A stretch of 64,000 nt of DNA from the human T2T-CHM13v2.0 reference genome, Homo sapiens: NCBI RefSeq assembly GCF_009914755.1, contig NC_060930.1. The stretch is one strand, 5' to 3'. The notes below the pieces were generated by a model that saw only the letters and a list, made by a program, of their open reading frames with translations, had not been told where the DNA came from and did no database searches. Shown one piece after another: positions 37,739-50,172 of this stretch (position 1 is the first letter of the stretch; each line of letters begins with the position of its first letter). The position numbers and the translations under genes are program-made.

Positions 37739-40700
37739 GCTAGATGATCACTAAAGTTACTTCTAGTAAAACTTCCTGATTTTATGATTCATTGTATTTT
37801 GACATAGTAACAGCTGCTGAAAAAACAATGTTCTCAATATTTGCAATGTCTTTTAAAGTAGAAATTAACGTCGAAGAGTGTTCTTGCTCAAAATTGAGAA
37901 CATTTTCACATCTAGACTAAAAATCCTTCTATATTATGAGAATAATTTATACCAAAAGCCATATATACATCATCATTTGGGTAAGGCATATGCACCAAAA
38001 GTAATATAGATTTGCCTAAATTTTAGAAATTAACTATTATTATGATTTGGAAAGCAATTACTTTCTGTCAGTACACATACAATGTGAGGGTAGTGTAGTT
38101 AGAAATTCTGTGTAAATTTAAAAAAATGCTGCTACAGCTATTTTGATTTTGAATAAATGTATTCCTAATATCCCAAGAGTTAATAAAATTCCTAAAGTGT
38201 ATAACTTATTCATAATAAATAATTTACATGCTGATTTATTATGAAGAGAATAAACAGTTTTATAGAAGACTGAAGTAGAATATCTAGTTTTATTGGTATT
38301 TGGAAAGATCAAAAGTATGATTTCTTGAAACAGTTTTGAAATGTGTCACTATGAATTTTTGCTATCAGTCTTTTTACTAAATAGCTTTTCATTGGAGTAA
38401 GCTGATAACTTTTCTCTTTAATTTTAAATGCCAGAAAATATAAACACATGTTTTAAAACTTCATGAAACCAAAAACTCAACCAAATACTCAGATCCAAAA
38501 AGAAACCATGTAGACTCCTAGGAAACCGGGGAAAGGCATCAAGTAAATATTAAGCTAGAAAGTAATAGACTTTGTGTCTTATATTTTCACATCATTCTGT
38601 GTTTTTGAATATGTACTTTTGAATACTTGGGACAGGAAGGCTCCTTCTGTTAGCCAGGCTAATATGGAGAAGAAGAAGAGGTACAGTTTACAGCTAACAG
38701 CTAACATGGGTGAATGTAGGTGTAGTCAACAAAGAATGGGTTGTATGGAATTTCTGCAAACATAGTTACATTTGAAAACCATTTGGGAAAAAAATGACTT
38801 AATGCCCAGATAGGACACTATGAAAAGTAAATATGTTATTTTCAGTATGATGTACATGCCTGCATCATCATTCTGTTTTTGCTTCTGATATCATCAGTTA
38901 TTCTTATATCTTTAATTTTCATGTATATTTCACTGTTTTTGTTTACCCTATCGATAACAAACTAGACGCCATAATTAAGAATAATGCACAGATATACATT
39001 TATTATAGCATGCAAAACTGTGACATTGGAAGAATAATGTGACTGCTGGAATACTTCACATGTTCAGAAATCTTGCCCTGTGTAGAATGGAGAAGTTGTT
39101 TTGCTTCACATTTGCTCTGCCACATATCAATTTGCTTTACAAGGCCTCCCTGAAATCAATCAGACATGTGTACCATGCTTTCAAAGAATTTTTTACAGTA
39201 GGAATAAGCTATGAAAAGTTTGAAAATACAGACTACACATACTATATAGTTTGTAATAATAGTTATATGTATGCTAGTGAGTTAAAAAAAACTCTCATGA
39301 GTTTTATATGATTTAAAAGTACCAAGAGGTTTAATGAAACAATATAAATTTTATCATCAGAATGATATCACACATCTTACTTATCTCTTGGGAGTGATGA
39401 AATGCAGAACTTGGTGGTTACCCACCCCCCTCCTCACCTCTCAAGGTTTTCTCTCCTACTTACCTGCTCCAGATTCTGCTCTTCTTGTAGCAGATGCAGT
39501 ATTGTGTTTTATATATCTTCTTTTAAATTTGGTAAAGCACATTAAGCTGTACTCACTCACTCAGATGCTATTGTATGTTAGTTTAATCAGATAAAGTCAG
39601 TGAGGGGAATATAGTTCTAAAGAATGATAAGGACAGAGGTGATGTAGCCTAGAGAAAGTGTGCATGAAAAGGGCCCCAGTGAGAGTAGAAGCATTTCATG
39701 CTTGGAGTGAGTGAAGGACTAAAACATGAACATCGGCGTTACTTACTTCCCAGTTTTGCCTGGGGCTCGGCCAGGTCAGCAATGCAATCATTGCACAAAG
39801 TAAAGTAAATGGACTCACATTTCTAAACATGTCATATAAAATTTACATGATCTTCAGAATCTAGCAACATGATATTGAATATAGACTTCATATGTAACAG
39901 TCAAAGTTTGTTGATGCTAACATCATCTTGAGTAATGAAGTCTGATTACATGGATATAAGTATATAACTTTGTCTCATAAGAGACTTTATTTACATAAAG
40001 ATTTTTCTTGTTAAGATATTGAATTGATTTATTGGGCATAGCTGCATAACTGAAAAGTGTAAGTACTGGACTCCACTTGAAAGCATATGTACTGCATTAA
40101 AGTAAAGCTGCCATCCAGTATGAATAATGCAGATGTTATGTTTTAAAGCATGTCAGATTCTCTTAAGTGTATCTTTCTTCTTTAAATTTTGATCAGCTGA
40201 GATAAATGCTTTTCATTTGGCCTTAACTGTTTGTCACAGGAAGATAAGAGACAGAGAGCTAATGAAGTAAATTGATGTGCTGCTACAGTTAGGGAGAATT
40301 GGAGTTTAATACTGTTGCAGTTGATAATATAACTGCTTTTTTAAAAAATTGGCATGGTTGCATGACATTATGAGAAAGAAAAGAGACCTAACACATTCAA
40401 AAATGGCCAATACTTAGAAGTATTGGGGTAAAGTTAGGTAGAATTTTTATCTAACTCTCTTCGAATACAGTGCATTTTCTTCTTCAAAAAAGTTGTAATT
40501 AAGAGTATATTAAGTCATAAATATTAATGATATCAAATCATGAATATTAAAAATATATTGCTGGTAGATACCAAAAAAGGATGGTGTGAATTATATTCTG
40601 TAGCTCAACTTGGAAGTTCAACTGTCACAAAGAAACCTGTCTCATTGAAATCTCTCTGAAATTGCATGCATATTTAACCCAATAGCTTCAGGCATTCAGA

Positions 40701-41202
40701 GATGGAGGAAGCAAAATCAAAAGCACCATATCAAAATTAACATCAAGCCATGTGTTTTTCTCTTAGAGTTTTGAAGTAATTTTTAACACAGATAGTAACT
40801 TGGTTTGAAATTTAAACACACACACATACAGGTTTGCTAGCTGGAGAATTTCCATGCCTGGGGGAGGGGAGGTGACAATTGGTGCATTCAGTACAGAACA
40901 CGTGTAATGATAATAAAGTTGATTGGTTGAGCTCTATAGCATTTTTTTTTTTCTTTTTCTCTCTTCCTGTAGTGTAGTTCTGCTGGGGGTGGAAGGGTTC
41001 TCCCCCATCCCCCCCACCACGAACAAGACGTAGGTTGATACCATTTTTATTGTTCTGCTGGGGTGGGAAATAAACCATATGCTTTAGCATTTTAAATGGC
41101 TACACCAAAGAGAAAATTGAACCAGGCTCTCTTCCCTACTCCTACTGGACTTTGGGGTGGGGTTATTCCTCTGAATGTTCTAGCGGACTTGGGGTTAGCT
41201 TA

Positions 41203-41300
41203 ATGCTTCTGCCCCAGGGCAAAGAAGCAGTTGAGGGAAAGAAATGTCAAGGACGTCAGAGGCGAGCTGGACTGAGTGAAGTGTGGAGTAGGAAGCTTAG
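41203..41300 (+). CDS. ADGRB3: Candidate alternative first coding exon of an N-terminally truncated ADGRB3
   Basis: ATG at 41203, 32 codons plus AG, then a weak donor TAG|gtctga whose phase (2) fits the exon at 41961, giving [40 protein letters not shown]...; no transcript evidence available to me. Confidence 0.45.
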
Positions 41301-41960
41301 GTCTGAAACCCACCCCTCCCCTGGATACCAGGCAAAGGCAATGAGAGTCGGAACCAGCTGATGCCGCTGCTGCTGCTTCCCGTTTCCAGGGTGAAATTTT
41401 CACAGCAGCTATTCTAAAAGGAGGAAAAATCCCTAACCAGCAGCAGAGAAGATCCTATCACCCAATCCAAGCTATGTAACCTTTTAGTCAGGCTTTTCAA
41501 AGAAATCCGCATTTTAAAAGCCAGCATTTATGGTCCAAAATATGGGACGGGAATCAGAGCTGGTAGAAAAATATGAAAAGCCTCTTTACACCCTGAGTAT
41601 TTGAAACAATCCGATGAGCATAGGAAGTGGCTGCCAACGCTCTGGCGGCTGCTCGTGCTGCCGCCGCTGCCGCTGCTGTTCCTCGCATAGGGCTGGACAG
41701 AGCTAGTCCCGGTTTCAGCACCTCCGGCGCTGGACAGCTCTCTGCACGCCGCACCGCCGCCTGCTTGCTTTTTCCCACTCTCGCTTTGCATTACTGGAGA
41801 TGCATCTAAATTACATCCTGTTCAACAACAAGTAGATTTTTTTTTCCTGTACAGGAATTACAGTAGACGACTCTCTCAATTAAACTGCATTTTCTTCTTT
41901 ACGGATTTGGCTATCAGGCGTATTTATCCCGATTTCCTCCCCCCTCACTCCCCTTTGCAG

Positions 41961-42087
41961 GAACGAGTCTTTGGGAACGTGGTCCACCCAGGGATGTAAA
42001 ACTGTGCTTACCGATGCATCCCATACGAAATGCTTATGTGATCGTCTCTCTACCTTCGCCATTTTGGCTCAGCAACCTAGAGAAATA
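41961..42087 (+). CDS. ADGRB3: ADGRB3/BAI3 coding exon: C-terminal half of GPS motif and Stachel region (by recollection reference exon 18)
   Basis: Acceptor cccctttgcag|G, donor ATA|gtaagt; 127 nt; after 1 nt completing the previous codon it reads [42 protein letters not shown], with the GPS W-x4-C...C-x-C-x2-L-S-T-F-A-I-L pattern; recognised as BAI3 sequence. Confidence 0.96.
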
Positions 42088-43703
42088 GTAAGTAACAAAG
42101 GGAAAACACGGCTTTAACGCAAAGACAGGGATATTGTGGCTAGTGTTTCTCCAGGGAACTGCATTTTAAATGGGGAAATGGAAAATGTTGCAGGGTAGCA
42201 AAATTGGGTTCGTCTCCTCCTTAGCTATAGTAGCTTGGTGGAATGAATTCTAGTTGGTATTCTATAACTAAATTCTACTCAATTTTATGTCTTCTAACTT
42301 GAAATTTCTGCAGTGTAGTTTCAAGGATGAAGTCCAATCATGTCACTAATATGCTGCAAACTTTCAAATAAAAATAATTGTCAACTTAACCTTTATTTTA
42401 AAGCTGGAAAGATATTCTGGGGAATTTTAGAGGGTATTGTTAGTAGTAGAATGAAGACCCCAGACACTATAGTGAAACACATTGCATATCTGCATTGGAT
42501 ATTTTCAGTACAGGTTTTCTGGAAGTGTCCTTGGATGTAAATATAAATAAATAAATATATATGTTAATCAAATGAAGTTTTTGTGAAAGCATGGCTGTCA
42601 GGAACTGTAAAATTATTCCTTAATAGTATATAGTTTTTCAAAAATAGTTTCTGAAAGAGACAGCTGTACATAACTGTCTGAAAGAAAAATAATATTCTCA
42701 TCAATTGTATTTTGAGGAAATATAACTCAGAATGAATGCTGAACAATTATTATTCAGGTAAATGTGATATTCTGCCTACATTTGGCCTAAATAAGCATCA
42801 CTCTTCTTACTAATTTTGATGACAAAAAACTAATACAATTTGATGTGCATATTTGAGGTTTTAGAACACGCTTAAAGTGTATTCCTTCAAACTCTCAATG
42901 TTAACAATGTGAAAACCAACAAATTTAATTAATTAACGTCATGTAAGTGTCCAAGGAAAGAAACCTTCCAGATCAGTGAATGCATGTAATCTTTACATAT
43001 GTTTTAAAAGACAGAAAGCTTATTTTTCAAGGTCATGCATTTAGGGACTGATACTGGCATTGTCATAATTATCTCCACATATTTTGTTCATTGAAAAAAA
43101 ATCACAAAATATACTTGAAGGTTTTAAATTTGACGTTTGATTTTCTTCTGTATCCTCAGAAGCCAAGCAAGTACAATTAAATGTGAGAATACTTGACTTA
43201 GAATAAAGTTGTCAAAAAGTCAGAAAGTTTGAAAAATCTTCAATATCTATATACCAGATATAGGTAACATAATGAGTTGTAAATAGTAGCATCTAGATAA
43301 ATTTTACCAAGAATCATATTGTGAAATGACTAACCTGCAGTTAGTTAAAGAAAAATGAGTGATGCTTTAAATTTTAGGTAGAGAAAATTTAACATGTGAA
43401 TGTTGACCAAGTTGTAGTTTTAAGGTCTTGATTTTCGAAAGTTATAAGGATGTAATATTCCATAGCCCACCATTTAAAACTCTAATGACTTTATTACTTC
43501 ACAGTGGGAGAGAGGGGGAAGCTGCAATTAGTATTTTTAGAGGTTGAGAATGCAAGAACAGAGTGGATTCATGGGTAACTATCTGGTAACTATAACAACT
43601 ATATAGGCTATTTTTGAGTGATAGGTTAGCTTTGCTGAGTCTAGAAGTTATTTTAATTTATTAAAAACCAATTTGTTTCTTTTTTGTTTTGTTTAATTCA
43701 CAG

Positions 43704-43807
43704 ATCATGGAATCCTCTGGCACACCTTCAGTTACCCTAATAGTAGGCAGTGGTCTTTCTTGCTTGGCCTTGATTACCCTAGCAGTTGTCTATGCAGCAT
43801 TATGGAG
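43704..43807 (+). CDS. ADGRB3: ADGRB3/BAI3 coding exon: TM1 (by recollection exon 19)
   Basis: Long T-rich acceptor ...aattcacag|ATC, donor GAG|gtaagt; 104 nt, phase 0 in and phase 2 out; [34 protein letters not shown](R), hydrophobic helix with the GxxLS motif of adhesion-GPCR TM1. Confidence 0.96.
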
Positions 43808-46800
43808 GTAAGTAATCAATTGATAGACCTGAAATGCAATGCTTAGTTGTTCATAGTTAAATCAAGGAATGTGATAATTATTAAATGTCTCCTGTCTTCT
43901 TAATTTACTGAAAGCAGTATTTTTACAACAGAGTTATAATTGGTGTGATTGAGCTTTAATAAATGAATTATGTTTACCTAATTTTCCTGTATATTTGCCT
44001 GAGTTAAGAAAATAAACAGTACACACATAAACTTTTATTCTCATTTCAAATGTTAGTAGCCTTCAACAAGTTGCTTACCCCAAGCATAGTACTCTTACAC
44101 CACAAGTTCAATCTATTTGTGGTTTCTATTTATCCCAATTGCTATGGAGGCTGTGAGTCTAACTGGTACAGTCAAATTAATTTATCTGTTATAAAAATAT
44201 GATCTCAAGTACTTAAGTTTCAAACACATGCTTTCAGTATGTCCCAGACAACTAGTGAACCCTTCTATGCTATTGAAGCACTAACATAATACCAATATAT
44301 TCCAGAAAATGCCTGTTGGTTGAGTGTGTCCAAGAAGTCAGACTTTGACAAATTGATTAAAAGAAGTCATAAAAATACATAAACAAGGGGAAGTTATTGA
44401 AAAATTTTTTTCTACAATAGTTGAAATCACATCTACTGATATATGAAAGCCTAGTATTTTTTAAGACTTGTTTTTGATTGTGTTACTAAGAATTAGACCT
44501 GTGAAGTTTATCGTCTACTCACATATTGATAAAATATATAGACATATGGCCAAAGTACTGGATTTTTCTAGTGGATTTTTAAATTTTTAAATGTTAAACA
44601 TTTTTATATCCACTTTTATTATTGAAAAATAATCTAAATATTTTTAACTATATTAGTATATAGAAAATTACCTAATATTTTCAGAATGTTTGTAATATTA
44701 GAATTGCAAAAGTAGATATTTCTGCCTCAGAAATCTTAATCTTTATTCACTTAAGATAAAAAACATTCAGTTGAAAAATGAATTACAATTTTATTTAAAA
44801 AGACCATTTTACTTTGTTCTTTTAAGAAAATGTATTGTTCTTCATTATAATTTTTACTCTTTTGAGAGCAAGAATTAATTGTCACATATTTAAATTGTCA
44901 AAGTTATGAAGAGTTTTTATGCTTCATACAAAAGTAAAAATTATGTATCTCTTGACCCATTAGCACTGGTACATGACAGAAATCCTTCCTTCCGGTGAAG
45001 GAATTATCTAGTAGTGAGAGACACTGACAAAGTGGGACAATCTGATAAAATATGTCCAGCTCTAGGAAATGAAATAAATGCTTAGTTTAAACATGACATT
45101 GTAGGCAGCAGAATCTTGGGTTCAGGGCTCACTCAAGCAGACATTGTCTCAGTAATGCAAAAGCAAGAAGGATAAACATTTGAAAAGTAGACAACTTCCT
45201 CTACCACAATTGTTTAAATAACAGTTGTTCAAAAATTAGGCAGCATTTAAAGACTAGGAATTTGGTAATCACAATAGTAACATAATTCATGCTCACTGAA
45301 GTATTTAAAACTAAATTCCTTTTATCAGCATTTAGGGTTCAGGCACCAATTCCACCTTCTCTTTATCCCTCAATACATATCACTAACACTAGCATATACA
45401 TTGTCAGGATAGGTGATGTGTACATTTAATCAAGGAAACATACAATTAATTAGTCCATAATAAAGTTTTCTTTAATGCAGAAAGTTCAAGAAAGTCACTA
45501 CTACAATAGTTTTCTAAGAATTACCAAAACAATTCAAAGGATCTGTTAACACTTGAGATGAACTTGAGAATTACAGAAGAGAGTACCAAGAAACAACACA
45601 AATCTAAATCCCTAAAAGTTAGTGGTCATCAACTCATTCTCTACAAATAGAATTGAAATAATATTCATAGTTTGAAAGAAGTGACAAGACTCCATGAATT
45701 ATTAAGTGAATCTTGATAACATGATGAATTAAATGCAGTTTATAAGCGCCTACAGAAACACCAATAGAAACTTCGAGAACTGAAATTTAAAGCCCCACAC
45801 AATTGTGAAGTATTATCCTTGCTTACTAGAAGGATGCCATTATACATGTAGGGTATATATTGTGTACTGTATAATATTACTGTATGCTAATAAGCATGTT
45901 AGGTTCCTACCACCTTTTATTCTCAGTAAAAAGTTTAGAAATTTTGATTTCTAAGGAGTTGTAATGTGTACAAGCATCTCAAGTATTTTATACATAATAG
46001 GCTGTTTTTAAATTTGGTGGCGTTGCATGTAGTTCATCAGAAATGTTCACCAAAAATTTAATACATTAGGTTATATTCTCTTCACCTATAGATAAGTTTG
46101 GCAGAGTTACATTTTTACATGAAAAAATAATGAAGCATGTCCTTGTCATCACTGTATTAACATAAAGCATTCTTAAATTTTGTTTAAAAAATCTAACATG
46201 GTAAAGAAATTTGTGAAAATTGAGACATTTCATAGCAATTATGAAGGCAACAATAGGGCTCAGTTTTGATAAAAATAGAAACATATAAAAACTTCAGCCT
46301 AGTCAATTCTGGATATTTCATTATCATATTTTTGTCTATTTACAGAACAAAAAGTTTCACTAAAACCCTTTTCATAATGTCATCTGTGTGTTTGTGCTTC
46401 CATGGAAGCCATTAACATCAAACAAAGGGTTAATTTTATGAAGCCCCTTAACTTTTTATATTATATTCCCCACCCACAAAAAAGAGACAATTAATAGTTG
46501 ATGATGTCTTCAGCATCTCAGTGTGTGGTTTATTATATTGTTTGCCACTGATGATACAGGAACAAGGTTCAGCAACCCTGAGGCCATTTTGTGTTAAGAT
46601 TTGATCTAAGTTAGTCCCATTTGAGTTTGTTTTGTGACCAAAGGGAATTTCTTTTTATATTACAAAAACTCCTTTGTGTATTTTATTGTTATTCTTACTT
46701 TTGTGTTCTTTTTGGAAATGTGTGATAAAACGTGGGGGTTCTACCTTGATTGTCCTCAAAGACAGGGAGAGAGAGAGACAGACAGACAGAGAGAAGTTTG

Positions 46801-47795
46801 ACAGATTTTTACCTTCCAGAGTGCCTCCAGATCATTGGCACTCCTGTCTAATGCTGCATAGAAAAGCTCATGCCTGCTGTGGAATGTGATTCCACGTTAT
46901 AATACAAATTGAATGGGCCTAAACACACAGCAAATACAACAGTGTCTTTTTGTTACTGTCACTCAGTGATTTACCACAGAATGCAGTGAAGCAAAATAGC
47001 TGTTACTCTTTCAGGGTAAACAGCTGGTAGAACATTTGATTCTGAGCAGTTTTCTCTATGGCTTACATTCTTGGTGCACTTAACAACTATATAACAGACT
47101 GTATATAAACACTTCTTCATAAGGGTAAAATATGGCAGATGTCAAGTGATTTTCCAGCCTAATAGTGAATTATCATTTGTGGATTGGATTTATTTTTAGA
47201 AATAAAGATTCATTTTTTTGAACAATTATTCAGGAAAAATATAAAGAGTAACAGCCTAATTACATTCAAATGCTGGAGTGGATAAAAGTGTTCACAGTTT
47301 CATGAAAGTAATGGTATCCTTCTAGTAAATAACAATAATACTTCACAATTTGAGTTTTTTCTTTTTGGTTCTCAAAGTTTATATTGGTTGATTCATATGA
47401 TAATGCTAAACATACATACACACATACACACACACGTATATAAAGGTATTATACTAATTGATATATTTCCAAGAAGCTTTATATGTTTAGTTAAAAAAAA
47501 GTGTATCATGACAACAGATGGGCAACTTAGGCTCTATCAGAAATGCCATACTGTCCCACCAATGTCTAAGAAAAAAAAATTCTAAAGGACGCTTGCACAT
47601 GCCATACCACTGTAAAATTGGGTCTCTAAAAGTAATTTTTTATTTTAGAAACTATTTTTATATTTTTTATTTTTGTAAATATTCCTGTGCTACAGTACTT
47701 ATTTTTCCAGATGAATGCCATCAGTTTGCACAATATATAATTCTTCATCTTTCTGTTGGATTTTAAAGTTGGGTAACTTTTCTCTCTCTGGCTAG

Positions 47796-47898
47796 GTACA
47801 TACGCTCTGAGAGATCCATAATACTAATTAACTTCTGCCTGTCTATCATCTCATCCAATATCCTCATACTGGTTGGACAGACTCAGACACATAATAAG
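47796..47898 (+). CDS. ADGRB3: ADGRB3/BAI3 coding exon: ICL1 and TM2 (by recollection exon 20)
   Basis: Acceptor tctctctctggctag|G, donor AAG|gtatga; 103 nt, phase matches the previous exon; (R)[34 protein letters not shown]. Confidence 0.96.
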
Positions 47899-49854
47899 GT
47901 ATGACTGGTAATTATTCTGATTCTTTTTTTGTGTTTATATTTTGGCATATTGTTAGTTATTGATAATCTAAACATTCATTCTAAAATGGAGAACTTCTGA
48001 CAAAATTATATTTTAAAGCAAAATTTTGTTATTGGTTTATGAATAAAAACATTGTCTATTCCAGTTCAGAATGTATACCCTTGATTTAATTCCCTGTGGG
48101 TTGAGAGGTTGTTCATAAGAGTAAAAATGTATGTTTATTAAACATTATATCAAAGCTCTATGAGTTCAAAGCTTTGGGACATCAAAGCACATATTTTGAT
48201 TCATTAGTCTAATTGTAAGAAGATCTAATTGTAACAGGATAGAAGGCTTTTGTTTTGGTCTAATTTATTAACATATTGATTCCTAAAAGGTAACTATAAA
48301 TTGCTTACAAGTGTAACATCTCTCTTGAAAATCCACCTGAAAAATATCCATAGGCAATAATTGAAGAGAGTGTTAGATGAAAGCTACTTTAGATTTTATG
48401 CCTTTCAAAATTTTTGCTTCACCTAAAGGTATTTTGATACTTAGCAGAATGGAAAAGTGTATTTTCTGTTTATATGAATGAACCAATTTATGAGTTGAAT
48501 GACCATGTTTTTTCCCCCAGAAATGATTGTCTTTACTATTCTGAAATGTATTTTAAGAAACCCATAATAGCAATTTGAAGTAAACTTACCCCTGCCTCAA
48601 AAGGATTCTGTTAAACACCACTTTGATAACTTATTTGTCAATCGATCACATGCCTGCAGGCCTGTTATTTTTCATTTTTTTAATTTTCAAATACAAAAGC
48701 GAATAATTAAAAATTTTCCCATAAGCCATCATTTTAAAATAATCATATACACTTTGATAGGTTCTTTTCATGTATTATATATTCATAGGACATGTATTAA
48801 TGTCAAGGATAATGGATAGTCTGTTTATTTTGCTAACCTACGTTCCTAAGACTGGTGATTTCCACCAAAAGAGCCCAATTCTAGGTCTGGGTAGGACCTA
48901 GGAGGCTGCTTTAAGTGATTCTGATAAATGTTTCTTCTTGGCCCACATTGCCCTAGGCCAGGGGAAGGGCCCAAGGGGTAGGCCACTAATCCTGAAGGAA
49001 AAACAAAAATGACAACCCCATCAAGGGCCCTGTAGAAATAAAAATTACTTTCGTGTCTTTGAGTGTTTAATTTTCCTCCACTTATTTCCTGTATCTTTTC
49101 TTCTTAAAGAAAGAATCCGAAAGAAAGTAAAGACTATTAAAATATAGTTCAGGTCCATGTTATAAACATTTAATACAAATTTTAAAAGGAAATACAAAGT
49201 AAAGAAAAAAGAGAGAGACAGAATGACTAAAGGTGAGAGGGATGCCAATCAGAATTGGGAGACAAGAAGGTACAAAATGACCAACAGAATAAAAAATGAG
49301 GGTAAACATGGATGTAAGTGAAAAGAAAAAGGGAAACAAAAAGGCAATGATAGGAAGGAAGTAGAGATAAAAGGGATGAGATGGGACCGTAAACCTTAAG
49401 GAATTATTAAATTACTCATGTCATTCTTTCCTTTTTGCTTGTTCACTTGGGCTGGGCCTCAGATCTCTTAGAAATGTTCATACACTGGTTAATACCTATT
49501 CCCAATTTTTTAACTACTTGTCCTTCAACCTCCACCCAGAAAAAGAGAGCTTTCCTCTGAAATAGGAATTATTTATTGGGATCAGGAACCAGAAAAAGTC
49601 AAGCTAAAGCCAGCTAGAGCTCAGAGTTTAAGTTTTTTTCACAAAACATTCTTCCTTTTCTGCCATTTTTTACTCTCCAAACACTCTTGAGTTATACCTC
49701 CCCTTAGACTAGGAAAACTGCATGATCCACAGTACAAAATATGCTTTTAAAACTGTTTCATGCTGCTTGGCAAAGTTTTGATAAGTTCTGAGCCAAATGG
49801 TACTACAGACATTTCTACAAGGTGTACTTCACATCATAGTGGTTATGCTCTAAA

Positions 49855-50172
49855 TCACTGATGTACAATAGAAATGCAATGCAAGACACAAATACAAGCC
49901 ACATATGTAATTTAAATTATATTAGTAGCCACATTAAAAAAATTTAAAAACCCGATGAAATTAATTTTAATATATACTATTTACCTCAGAATATCCACAA
50001 TATTACCATTTTAAGACATAATATAAAATATTAATACAATATTTTACAATCTTTTTTAAGTCTTAAGAATCTGGAGTATATTTTATACTTATGATACATC
50101 TTAATTTGAACTAGCTACATTTCAAATGTCCAATGGCTACATGCAGCTAGTGTCTACGACGTTGTGTAGGTC
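49855..50172. mobile_element. MER33/MER3-like hAT-Charlie element
   Basis: caatagaaat...agccacatatgtaatttaaatt...agtagccacattaaaa...acatttcaaatgtccaatggctacatgcagctagtg. Confidence 0.75.

Larger units (their letters stand above)
40850..42120 (+). promoter_or_regulatory. CpG-enriched candidate internal promoter upstream of and overlapping the GPS exon
   Basis: About 36 CpGs counted in 41161-42120 in an otherwise CpG-depleted window, not Alu-derived; GCC/GCT triplet-rich core 41640-41765; G-runs ~40860, ATTGG boxes ~40877 and ~40922, CACGTG ~40899, GACGTCA ~41252, AGGAAGTG ~41622. Confidence 0.7.

Noticed and set aside
41625-41690. Signal-peptide-like KWLPTLWRLLVLPPLPLLFLA frame
   Set aside because: Ends in TAG, no nearby in-frame ATG seen and no compatible donor
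41528-41809. Ala-rich ORFs on both strands (MAANALAAARAAAA..., MGKSKQAA..., MQSESGKK...)
   Set aside because: Expected by-products of a GCC/GCT-rich CpG tract; no recognisable domain or link to the receptor frame
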